Shown here in pieces: positions 25,598-36,927 of a stretch of 64,000 bases of DNA (its first letter is position 1; each line of letters opens with the position of its first letter). Origin of the DNA: Octopus sinensis (taxonomy: Eukaryota). The position numbers and the translations under genes were made by a program. A model generated the notes under the pieces. That model was not told the DNA's origin, ran no database searches, and was given only the letters and a program-made list of their open reading frames with translations. The DNA is taken from NCBI RefSeq assembly GCF_006345805.1, contig NC_043000.1, forward strand, positions 38,006,001 through 38,070,000. Direction: 5' to 3'.

Positions 25598-25739
25598 TGG
25601 GTATGCAAACGAGAGAAACAAATGGAATACAAGACAAGTTACATTAAGAACGACCTTCATCAGTTGTCGGCTATCTATCTACTCATCATTTCGAGCATCA
25701 TTGAGCTACAATATATTTGTGTGGTGTGTGTATGTGTAG

Positions 25740-25781
<42 letters not shown>

Positions 25782-25833
25782 TATATATATTATATATATA
25801 TATATATAACATATATATATATATATATATATA

Positions 25834-25879
<46 letters not shown>

Positions 25880-26172
25880 TTATATATATGTTAAAAGCAA
25901 CAGAGTGACTCAAGAGCCGAGTGGTTCGTGCGTTTGCACTTATGAAAGTTTATAAATATTGATAAAAAAAAATATTTTCTTATATTTCAAGTTCTATTTT
26001 TTCCCGTTCTATCAGCACACCCAAGTTTGTGCGTGTGTTCCGATCGCACATAATGAATGTATGTGTTCTGTTTGTTCCCCTGGATTCACTGCCCGTTAGA
26101 GCTTTAGGACGACTCCTTAATAATGCTGGGTGTTAAAACACCTGGATGTCAAATACAGATGAAACAACTCAC

Positions 26173-26274
26173 CTCCGATCGAATGAAGAGTCATAGACAC
26201 CGATATTTCATTAGTTTTGTGGCTTATCCACATCACGTGCCTGACTGGAACCGGAGACGAATCGAAATGCCATT
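26173..26274 (-). other. Candidate internal exon of an unidentified gene (102 nt)
   Basis: Acceptor tctatctctcgtcgtag|, donor GAG|gtgagt, one open frame (WHFDSSPVPVRHVMWISHKTNEISVSMTLHSIG). No homology recognised. Confidence 0.3.
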
Positions 26275-26418
26275 CTACGACGAGAGATAGATTGTGTAAA
26301 ACCGTTCGTTATTGGATTTAATCTTACGCATGCATCGTCGTTGCTCATTATCGAATAGTTTTACGTTTTACATATATATTAAGTGGATTTGGAGATGGAA
26401 ACTAAAAGAAGCCTGTCG

Positions 26419-26460
<42 letters not shown>

Positions 26461-27058
26461 AATGTATACATTTACTGTTGTGTCTGGGGAGAGTCATTTT
26501 CTTTTAGTGCCTTATAATTTAACACACTCACCGGTAAGATTTCCTCTTATTATTTTTTTATTTCCTAAAATTTTCCATTTTTGAACTTGGTATACCAAAC
26601 ACGAGCGGTTCTTTCAGCTATAGTACCCACTCCATACACAGCACAAATGTCGCGAGCAGCTTTTGCGGCTTTAGAACCTTGATTAAAAGCAAAAAGGAGG
26701 TGTCGATAATTCTCGTTTTTCTTAACTTGACATTCCATTTTAATGATCTGAAAATAAGCAAAAAGTAACTAAAATTAACTAGAAAAAAACAAAACAAAGC
26801 AAAACAAAACAAAAAAAATGATTCAAAAATAGAATTCTCGAAAAAAAAATGGATCCCAAAATTTAAAAACGCAATAAATTCCAAAATTTAAAAAAACGGC
26901 GGGAACTTAGTTACCAACCCAATAGTAGTAGTAGTAGTAATAGTAGTAGTAGAAGTAGTAGTAGAAGTAGTAGTAGTAGTAGTGATTGCAGTAGCAGCAG
27001 CCGTAGTTGTAGTAGCAGCAGCGGGAGTAGCAGCATCGGTGGTAGTAATAATAGTAGT

Positions 27059-27096
<38 letters not shown>

Positions 27097-27751
27097 TAGT
27101 AGTATAGCAGCGGCAGCAGCAGCAACAGCAACGAGAGCATAGGTAGTGGCAGCATATATGAACGCCGGATGCTGGATGCTGGTGAAGTGGTTTTGAAGGT
27201 TGGCCACTAACGGCTGAGAGTGTGAAATGTGCCGAAGGAGCAACTTTAGTGAGAAATTAATGTGACAGGTCAAAGAGTCTTTATCTTTCCTCATCAGCAG
27301 ATTAAGCTTGGCAAAGAATAGCAGATGGAGGGATTAAGTAGAGGTGGGGTGGCGTGGAGTAGACAACGGTGCTTAAAACTCGGTTGGAAAGTGAAAGGGT
27401 TCGTTAAAGTCAAGACAAGGTTTAAGGAAATGGCCCAGATTAAGACAACGTAAAAAACAAAAAAACAAAAAAGAGAGAATTTTAATTATACGTAAAACAG
27501 ACAAATATAATTACTTAGACAAAATAAAATTACTTTCGTATCTTAAATGTCAAAATGAAAACGATAATGTATGTAGATAGGTAAGTTGGTATGTAGCTGT
27601 GTATACATACATATAGATATGTGTGTGTGTGTTTTAAGTACACACTCATGCACACAGATGCGTATGTATATCAAATATACATATACACGCTTGAATATAT
27701 ATATATACCTACCTATAAACATGTGTGTGTGTGTTTGTGTATAAATACATG

Positions 27752-29216
27752 CAGTGGGGGGAAATAAATATTCGTACATGTCAAAATTCTTTATTTATTT
27801 AATTTCTAATGAGCATAAATGGGATATACCAATACTATATTTGCATACACATGCATAAACTAAGAATATGCAAAAGAAACTAATAAATTATAGAAACTAA
27901 TGAATTTATATACAATTAAAAATATTTAGGGGTGAAAAAAGTATTTCTATGCCACAAAATACTGTTAAAATAATTTTTTTTTACTAGAACTTTCTCGTTT
28001 GTTCCAATAATCTTATCAGTTGTCATTTTTAAGTGTCAAAACGCTAGCTTCTTCATTCAGCATTGAGACAACATAAAGTAGTATCGTTATAATGGCGAAA
28101 AGTAAAAAAAAACTCACAAATTCATTGAAAAACTTAATTATTGAACAATGGAAAGCAGGTAAAAGTTACAGGAAAATATCACAGACCCTTTGAATTCCAT
28201 TTTCTACCATATCTTCATTTATTCAAATATATAAAAAATCGGGAACTGTTGAAAACAGAATACGATCCGATGCATCACGCAAGATTTCCCCTGGATCTTT
28301 AAGAAAAATGAAGTGAAGAATCGGAAAAAACGCATTGATCACCAGAAAGGAGTTGCAAGAAGATTTGTTAGCTTCAGGGACTAGTGTTACACTACGAACA
28401 ATCAGTAATGAACTTCATAGGAATGAACTGAAATCATGCTCTCCTAAAAAAAAAACTACTGTTAACAAAAAGGCATAGAGATGCCCGTTTAAAATTTTTT
28501 AGGAACATAAAAATAAATTTGATACATTCTGGGAAAATGTTCTATGGACAGACGAGTTGAAAATTGAATTGTTTGAACGTAATTCGCGTAGCCATGTTTA
28601 GAGGAAAGATGATACCGCCTATTCGCCGAAAAACTCAATTCCTACCGTAGTTTGGAGGTGGCAACATCATAGTGTGGGGGTGTTTCTCTGCAAATGGTAC
28701 TGGCAATTTACATGTGATAGATCGTAGAATGAATGCAGAGATGTACCAAAATATTTTGAACAATGATTTATGGGACTCTGTAGAAAAGCTCCAGCTTTGT
28801 GAAGGGTGGGTTTTACAACAGGGTAACGACCCTAAGCACACGGCGAAATCTACCAAAAAATAAATTGTCGATCACAATATAAAATTATTAGAATGGCCAA
28901 GCCAGTCACCTGGCTTGAACCCCATTGAAAACTTGTGGCGTTATTTGAAAATTAAAATTCATTCAAGAGCCCCAAAGTGCATTCCAGATTTGAAGAAAAT
29001 TTGTCAAGAAGAATGGGAAAAATTCCTAAAGAAACATGCGAGTCATTGATTAAGAAGAGATTGGTTGAAGTGGAACTGAATAATGGCTATGCTACGAAGA
29101 ATTAAATCAGAATTATCAGTTATTTATGTTCTGTACGAATACTTTTTTCAGTTTGTTTTGTTTTTGTTTTTGTTTTTCCAGTTTCCTTCTGTACGAATAT
29201 TTATTTCCCCCCACTG
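27752..29216 (+). mobile_element. Tc1-family DNA transposon, full length, defective
   Basis: Perfect 27-bp TIRs CAGTGGGGGGAAATAAATATTCGTACA at 27752-27778 and 29190-29216. Right flank TA, left flank TG. Confidence 0.93.
28092..29105 (+). pseudogene. Tc1 DD34E transposase pseudogene
   Basis: ATG at 28092; motifs [27 protein letters not shown] and [15 protein letters not shown]. 34 residues separate the second catalytic position (D mutated to G) and E. Several stops and frameshifts. Confidence 0.9.
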
Positions 29217-29339
29217 TATATGTATGTAGTAAAGAATGTATGTCGAATACTCATACACACGCACACACACACATACAAACACGCGCGCACACACACGCAT
29301 ACACACACACGCACACACACACACACATAAATATATATC

Positions 29340-29901
29340 GTGGTCGTGACTGATGCCAGTGCAGTCTGACTGGCACCTGTGTCGGTGGCACATAAAAAGC
29401 AACGTTCGAGCATTGGGCCTCATGGAGGCAGTGACATCAATCCAAGCGAGACCGTAGTTGTGGCCGATTCCAGTGTCGTGTAACTGGCCCGTTAAATGCA
29501 CTCTTCAACCGTTGGGTAATATGCTGTGCTTGTGAAGAGCTGTGGAACCGAGTGAAATTGTAGTTGTGGCCGATGCAAGTGCCGTCTGACTGGCACCAGT
29601 GCCGGTGGGTCATGAAAAGCACCTTTCGAGCGTTGGGCCCCATGGTAGCAGTGACATGTGGCCAAGACCTTTGGCGATATACCGTACTTATGTAGTCCTG
29701 TCAAGCCAAGTGGGACCACAGTCGAGGCCGACGCTCGTGTCATGTCACTAGTACCCGTGCCGCTGGCTCGTAAGAAACACCCACTACATTGTCGAAGTGT
29801 GTGGCTTTATGAAAGGCAATCAGTCGTAGAAATCTTGCCAAATCAGATCGGAACTTGGTGCAGCTGCCGCTGCTCTACTATCGCTGCTACTGCAACTGCT
29901 G

Positions 29902-29947
<46 letters not shown>

Positions 29948-29975
29948 CACTACCACCACCACCACCACCACCACA

Positions 29976-30043
<68 letters not shown>

Positions 30044-30105
30044 AACTGCTGCTGCTGCTGATACTACTACTACTACCACCACCACCACCACCACCACCAC
30101 CACAT

Positions 30106-30150
<45 letters not shown>

Positions 30151-30215
30151 ATTTTCAGTCAAACCAACTGACACATGTCAGCATGGAAAGCGGACATTAA
30201 ATGATGATGATGATG
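29340..30215 (+). mobile_element. Non-autonomous retroelement with internally repeated modules and an RTE-like tail, split by a (CTA/CCA)n tract
   Basis: The module gtggccgatgccagtgc..ctgactggcacc.gtgccggtgg...aaaagcac recurs near 29340, 29455, 29560 and 29718. The tail is catgtcagcatggaaagcggacattaaatgatgatgatga. The microsatellite spans ~29860-30150. Confidence 0.6.
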
Positions 30216-30954
30216 ATAATGATATGTAAATATATATATACGTATATGATTATGTACATTTATGTATGTGCGTGTGTGTGTGAGTGTGTGCGTGTGTGTG
30301 TACACACACAGATGTATGTATGCTTGGACGAAATTAAGCTTAGTAAAATAACTGAGAGTGGCCAGTTGCATGTATTTGAACAGCATAGGCAGTGGATGTA
30401 AACAACACAACACCGCATTTAGCCGGCAAGCTAACGATATTTCGTTATTTGTGACGGAATTAGCATTAGTTCAAAATAGCAATAAGTATATCGTACCTAT
30501 GGTTGAAAGCCTGCCAAAGTGCGGTATTCGTCTCGATTAAGCTTTTGTTTTAAATATATAGTGTTAAAAAGCACAAAAATATATCGGCAACGTACAAACA
30601 TTTCTTAAACAGAAATCATAGTTTAGCTGAATGAATCACGGCTGATTTTCGCCTGGCATGCGTCGCTACTAGATATTTGCTACTAATGAAGCACGGAAGA
30701 GCAGAAATACGTATTTAGCAATGCCACCACCGGTGGTGGACGACTTTCACCTGTTGCTGCTCGTATATTTCCGTGTATTTTAAAGCGACATGCCTATAAG
30801 AGATAATTTGCCAAAACAAATACCGTAGTTTTGCAGGCTCCCATTATTATATCATATTTTACGTATGAAATAGGGATTGATTCATACATACACACATACA
30901 TGCATGCATAAATACACACAAACACGCACACACACATACACATACATATATACA

Positions 30955-31343
30955 TGGCTCCGGGTTCGGTCCCACTGCGTGACACCTTGGTCACTTGTCT
31001 TCCGCTATAGCCTTGGGCCGGCCAAATTCTTCTGAGTGGATTTGGTAGACGGAAACTGAATGAAGCCCGTCGTATACATACATACATATATATATGCATA
31101 TAAATATATGTATATATATATATATATTTGTATGTCTGTATTTGCCCACCACCATCGCCTGACAACCGATGGTGGTGTGTTTACGTCCTCGTAATGTAGC
31201 GGTTCGGCAAAAGTGACCGATAGAATAAGTAGTAGGCTTGCAAAGAACAAAGAATAAGTTCTGAGATCGATTTGTTCGTTCGGTTAAAAGCGGTGCTCCA
31301 GCATGGCCGCAGTCAAATGACTGAAACCAATAAGAGAATAAGA
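30955..31343 (+). mobile_element. SINE family A
   Basis: ccgggttcggtcccactgcgtgacacc...gatagaataagtagtaggcttgcaaag...cagcatggccgcagtcaaatgactgaaac. Confidence 0.85.
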
Positions 31344-31537
31344 CGAGGAGTATATATATACATGCACACAGAACAGACACACATGCGTACACGCACACAC
31401 ATATACATATAAAATATAGTTATATATATGTATGTATATAGTTATATATATATATATATTATATATATATATATATATACATATTTTTTCTCTCCTTTTT
31501 TCTTTCTTTGTATCTCTCCTTGTTTTTTCTGTGTCCC

Positions 31538-31571
31538 TTTCTGTAGAAGAGCGTAGGCTCGAAACGTAAAA
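31538..31571 (+). ncRNA. Variant hammerhead (core CUGUAGA) within a Penelope-type terminal repeat (~31500-31660)
   Basis: TTT-CTGTAGA-A-GAGC-GTAG-GCTC-GAAA-CGT-A-AAA. Confidence 0.6.
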
Positions 31572-31748
31572 TAGTTTTTCTGTTCCTGAGCGTTAAACTA
31601 ATACATATGTTTGTTTTGTACACCACCTTTCTTCGTCTCTTGTTTTTTTCGTAAACTTTCCCTATATATATATATCCGAGTACGCACATAAATGTGAAAC
31701 AAGGTGGAAAAAAATAGTACTTGAATAAGTAGAGTAATAAGCTGTACT

Positions 31749-31938
31749 ATTAAAGCTGCATAAACATCACGAAAATATCACAAAAACCTGATACTCAGGG
31801 TTTCACGTTCCCGTTCGTCGAGCAGTTGTGATCAAGATTTCTTAATAACAACTGATTACAGCTGCCCGACGAACGGGAACGTGAAACCCCGAGTAGCAGG
31901 TTTTTCACGATATTTTCGTGATGTTTCGCAGCTTTAAT
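31749..31938. repeat. Inverted repeat (~85-bp arms, ~19-bp spacer) made of two divergent hammerhead-like units
   Basis: 31749-31833 is the reverse complement of 31853-31938 with scattered transitions. Confidence 0.9.
31862..31899 (+). ncRNA. Variant minimal hammerhead (core CCGACGA)
   Basis: CTGC-CCGACGA-ACG-GGAA-CGT-GAAA-C-CCCGA-GT-A-GCAG, with stem I CTGC/GCAG. The mirror copy at 31788-31825 (-) has core TCGACGA. Confidence 0.6.
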
Positions 31939-32028
31939 TATAATAAATTATATACCCTCTGTCACTATGTGACGTCTATTAATTTTGACTTTAGGTTGAA
32001 ATTGTAAATAAGTCACCCATTTAATTTG

Positions 32029-32090
<62 letters not shown>

Positions 32091-32258
32091 AAATAAGCAA
32101 CAAGAATGACTCCGGTAATTTTGATTATAATCACCCCACGGATTTTTATGGATAACACCATACAGAATTCTGGTGCATCTAAATTAAGTACCATATTCAT
32201 TTGAATCTAAATTATGCTGAACTTATATATATACATATATATATATATATATACATAC

Positions 32259-32301
<43 letters not shown>

Positions 32302-33340
32302 TATATATATATGACGGGTTTCCACATAGTTTCCTAAATTCATTCACAAGACTCAGTCTGGTGTTATTGTAGTAGACAGTTGATCAAATAGCCGCGTAGT
32401 GGGACAGATGCCGTTAACCAGACAGCCATGGCTGTTTGTGTAACATTAGATCAAACCATTTTTAACACTTCCCTGGAAGGTAACGAAAGAAATGTCTTCT
32501 TTTATTTTTGTACAATACCTAAGAGATGACGGTCATGTCTTAGTCTTTTTTTTAGATTTTTTCCTTTGAAATAGACACGGGGAATCAATCACTGTCACGT
32601 TTGTCGAGGTACAAATAATAAAGGAAATTAGATGTGTTTCTCACCCTTGTATTAAATGAAATCATCATGTGGCCATGCATGCTCGGATTTCCTTTAAAAT
32701 CTTCCCTTAGTTAATAACGTCCATAAATCCCAGCTGTGTAGACGTCAATGCTAATACAACTCGGGGGCCTTGGTTGATCCTCACCTTGACCTCATAGACG
32801 TTGCTCTATCCAGCATCGTGGGAACGTCACCGTTGGTAAGAGGATGATTCTGTCGCAGAGATCATGTTTGCCAAGGCTTCCCATGTAACCCTAGCCTAAC
32901 TGGCTACCAGATGACTGCTGGGTATCATGTAGCACGAAAGAGCAACCTGTATTATACTCGATAGCCAACCAAAGTCCCGTGGGTGAATGTGGTAGATGGA
33001 AACTGCGTGGAATCCTGTCGTATATGCGTGTCTATGTGTATATTTGTGTCTGTGGCTGTGACCCCATTACAACTTGTCAGCGGTGTGGGTTTGTTTATTG
33101 CCCCATAACTTACCGGTTCGGCAGGAAAAGACCGGTATCTTAAGTACGAATGTATAAAGAGAAATAATTACTGCAAGTAATTTGTTAGATTAAAGCCTTC
33201 ACGGTGGTGCTGCAGCTTGGCCGCAGTTAAAAAAAAATGCAAAGAAAATATCAAAGGTAAAAAGTAAAGACGGAAAACGTAAAGGTGGGGCGGATTATAG
33301 AAAATATAAGAATGATGGGAAAAAGAAGGATATTTAAGAA

Positions 33341-33765
33341 GGCGCAGGCGTGGCCGTGTGGTAAGTAGCTTGCTTGCCAACCACATGGACCCGGGTTCAG
33401 TCTCACTGCACCTTGAGCTAATGTCCTCTACAGTAGCTTCGGGCCGGCCAAAGCCTTCTGAGACGGAATCTGAAAGAAGCCCGTCGTATATATATATGTG
33501 TGTCTGTGTGCGTGTGTGTGTGTGTGAGTGTGTGTGTGTGTATGAGTGTGCGTGTGTGTCTGCTTGTGTATTTGTGCTTGTCCCCCCACATCGCTTGACA
33601 ACCGATGTTGGTGTGTTTACGTCTCCGAACTTAGCGGTTCGGCAATACAGACCGATAGAATAAGTACTAGGCTTACAAAGAATAAGTCCTGGTGTCGATT
33701 TGTTCGACTAATGGCGATGTTCTAGCATGGCTGCAGTCAAATGTCTGTAACAAATAAAAGAATAA
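33341..33765 (+). mobile_element. SINE family A, full length
   Basis: ggcgcaggcgtggccgtgtggtaagtagcttgcttgccaaccacatgg...tctagcatggctgcagtcaaatgtctgtaacaaataaaagaataaaa. Confidence 0.88.
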
Positions 33766-33905
33766 AAAGGTAAGAAAAAAGTAACGAATGAAAGATAAGA
33801 AGAAAGGAAAAAAGGAAGGAAGAAAGAAGAGAAGAGAAATGCATGCCGGGAACGAAGAAAGTACAAAAAGAGAGAACAGATAAAGCGCGAGAAACGAAGA
33901 AATAT

Positions 33906-34309
33906 TGAATTCAAGCTTTGACACGATGCCAGCAATTTCGGGGGAGAGATGAGGTGGGGTAAGTCGATTACATTGACCCCCAATGTTCAACCGATGCTTA
34001 TTTTTAATGACCCTGAAAGGCAAAGTCAACCTCACCGGAATTTGAACTCATAGCGTGAAGACGTGCAACGGCGCTAAGCAAATTGCCCGGTGCGCCTACG
34101 ATTCTGCCAGCTCACCGCTTTCGTTCCTACTCTGGCAAAAGCCCCGAAATTCTGGGAAGGAGGCCAGTCGATTAGATTGACCTCAGTACGCAACTGGTAC
34201 TTATTTAATCGACCCGGAAAGGATGAAAGGCAAAGTCGACTTCGACGGAATTTGAACTCAGAATGTAGCGGTAGGCGAAATACCGCTAAGCATTTCTGCC
34301 AGCTCACCG
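33906..34309 (-). mobile_element. Two SINE family B copies
   Basis: aaaggcaaagtcaacctcaccggaatttgaactc and ggatgaaaggcaaagtcgacttcgacggaatttgaactcag. Confidence 0.8.
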
Positions 34310-34643
34310 TTGGCAATAAGGATAAGATTTAAAATAAAATAAATGAAAAGAGGAAATAAAGGAAAGGAAAGAAAAACGAAAGATGTATGTAAGGTAAAGG
34401 CGTGGCAGACAGCGAAGAATAATAAAAGAGCCAGCTGTTTGGAGAGAGTAGAAGAATCCCATGACGTCCGTTAGATTGAAGAGAGTGAACAAAAGACTAC
34501 ATGAAGTGGTGTTTATCAAGTCAATACGTTTCTTTTGTGGCCAATGTTTTTGCTTGGATTTCCACCAGACACTAAAATGTGTCGATCTGTCATTTGAGCT
34601 TTTCGGCTGACACTCAAGCGTTATGGACTCCCTGCAGAGCCTT

Positions 34644-34700
<57 letters not shown>

Positions 34701-34701
34701 T

Positions 34702-34737
<36 letters not shown>

Positions 34738-34824
34738 AGTCACACCAGAAGTGTTTGTTTGTTCACTTCAAGGTGTTCTGGGCAAATAATAATAATAACA
34801 GCAATAATAATGATAATGATAATA

Positions 34825-34879
<55 letters not shown>

Positions 34880-35033
34880 GAGGAGGCTGATGATGATGAC
34901 AATGATAATGGTTTCAATACATGTTAAAAGCGTATGTGTGTGTGTGTGTACACGTGTGTGTTTGTATGATTCTAAGAATGCCTGTATAAAAATGGAAGAG
35001 TAATTTCAATTTGTAAGTGTATGTGTGTGTGCG

Positions 35034-35107
<74 letters not shown>

Positions 35108-35542
35108 ATGGCAGAGACCGTAGTTGAGTGCTTGGATATTTGTGTGAAAGCTTGTATTTACACAGAAACCATGTGTGTGTGGCTACAATCATATGTATTT
35201 ATATAAAACACACGGAGAGAAATATCTGCGGCACATTGGGCAAGTGCCTTCTACTATATCCTCAGGCCGATCAAAGCCACGTGAGTGGATCTGGTAGACG
35301 GAAACTGAAAGACATACATATGTATTAGAGTTACTTCCCTTATATTTAACGGCTTTTCGTAGCGTCTGTTGCCATTAATAGCCGACGAGAATGTATCGTA
35401 GTTCCTCGCTCCGGCATTCGTAACTCCGAGTAATATGACAACCTTTTATGGTTTGTTCTAATTTATAACGTATATAACCCTCTATTTCTCTAATATCGAG
35501 ATTTCATTCTTTTGTTGTTACATTTTATTATTGTTGTTATTA

Positions 35543-35597
<55 letters not shown>

Positions 35598-36100
35598 GCC
35601 TTAGCACAGCTTCTAACGCTGGAGATGTACTACAGTATCAGCTGTTCACTACCAGTGAACTAAGGAAACACCCCTTAGTTTTCGAGCACCTTCCGGAGTA
35701 TTCGAGCGGTTCCAAGCAGTGCTGTTTTCTGCAAGTGCTCCACCCTTATTACAGTCCCTATTTGTTCTACGTATCTCTCGAGATTTTTACTCACAGTTCC
35801 CAGGGCTTCGACAATTATTGGTATTACTACTACCTTTTTCATCGACCACAACTGCTTAACTTCCCAAGCTAACCTGTTATATCTATCGATTTTTCTCTCT
35901 TCCTTACCACATTCCTTGTTGTCAGCTGGGCATGCTCTATCTATGATCCAGCCTAGTTTGTTTTCTTTCTCAATTAAGACTAAGTCTGGCTTCCTATTCT
36001 CAATCTCATGGCTGCACTGAGTCATAAAATCCCACAGGATCTTTTCATTATCATTTTCGATGATGCCTACGCGTTTGTGGTCGTGCTAACTTTTTGCTCT
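35598..36100 (-). mobile_element. R4/Dong-type LINE 3' fragment (restriction-like endonuclease domain) between two (TAA)n tracts
   Basis: ENDNEKILWDF...RKPDLVLIEKENKLGWIIDRACP...KIDRY...VIPIIVEALG...LQKTALLGTARILRKVL* (stop at 35675). (TTA)n lies at ~35530-35597 and ~36101-36158. Confidence 0.85.
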
Positions 36101-36101
36101 G

Positions 36102-36158
<57 letters not shown>

Positions 36159-36714
36159 GAGTGAGAGAGCAGTTCATGCCATCAAAGTGACACTGGGGTA
36201 AAATATACGAAGCCCATATACCCATCATGACTACACGTCTGATAAAGGTACACCAGGCACATGCATCACAACCGTATGTGCGCGACATGGTGATCTCATA
36301 TCAAGATAACAGCACATGACCTTGCAGGTGGGGCCCAGTTAGAATTTTCTTCAGGTTGAGTAGCCCATCCCGCTCAAACGGTCCCTGAATAAGGGTTGTT
36401 TAAGGATGTTGAAAAAACCCCCATGTTTCCAGAGGTGAATTATTCAAACCCCAAAGAATCCCTCTCAACATATGGCTATGATGCTCCCCCACTACTTCTG
36501 CTCGTGATCAGAGATGCACATATCTTCAGCCACTAAGGGACATGCTCAACTGGTTAAGGTCAAGCAACTGACAAGCAAATCTGTGGTATTGAGCAGAATA
36601 TTTGCTGTAGCCCATCTTTTATACCAAGACAAAACAATGTACATGATAACACTTGCAATCAGTTAAGATCAGAAGCCATGAGAGCCACTGCCTGGTACTG
36701 CATCAGGGCATTTA
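36159..36714 (-). mobile_element. 556-bp non-coding repeat beside (TAA)n tracts (copy 1)
   Basis: Colinear with 56597-57114. The reverse complement starts taaatgccctgatgcagtacc and ends ctctctcactc-aataataat. Strand is inferred by analogy with the neighbouring LINEs. Confidence 0.75.
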
Positions 36715-36833
36715 TCTGCACATATTATTATTTATCTGCACATATTATTATTATTATTATCATTATTATTATTATTGTTATTATTATTATCATCATCATC
36801 ACCACCACCACCACCACCACCACCACCACCACT

Positions 36834-36877
<44 letters not shown>

Positions 36878-36927
36878 TATTATTATTACTATTATTATTA
36901 TTATTATTATTATTACTACTACTATTA

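Noticed and set aside
29658-30200. 180-aa Thr-rich, mucin-like ORF (and poly-Leu/Ser/Val ORFs at 20782-21111, 23952-24430 and 26907-27294)
   Set aside because: These are (CTA/CCA/CTG)n trinucleotide tracts joined to repeat sequence, with no splice or domain support.
36600-36714. Possible HDV-like ribozyme at the 5' end of the 556-bp element
   Set aside because: Only a weak hairpin was found; the nested double pseudoknot could not be assembled by hand. A descriptor search is needed.
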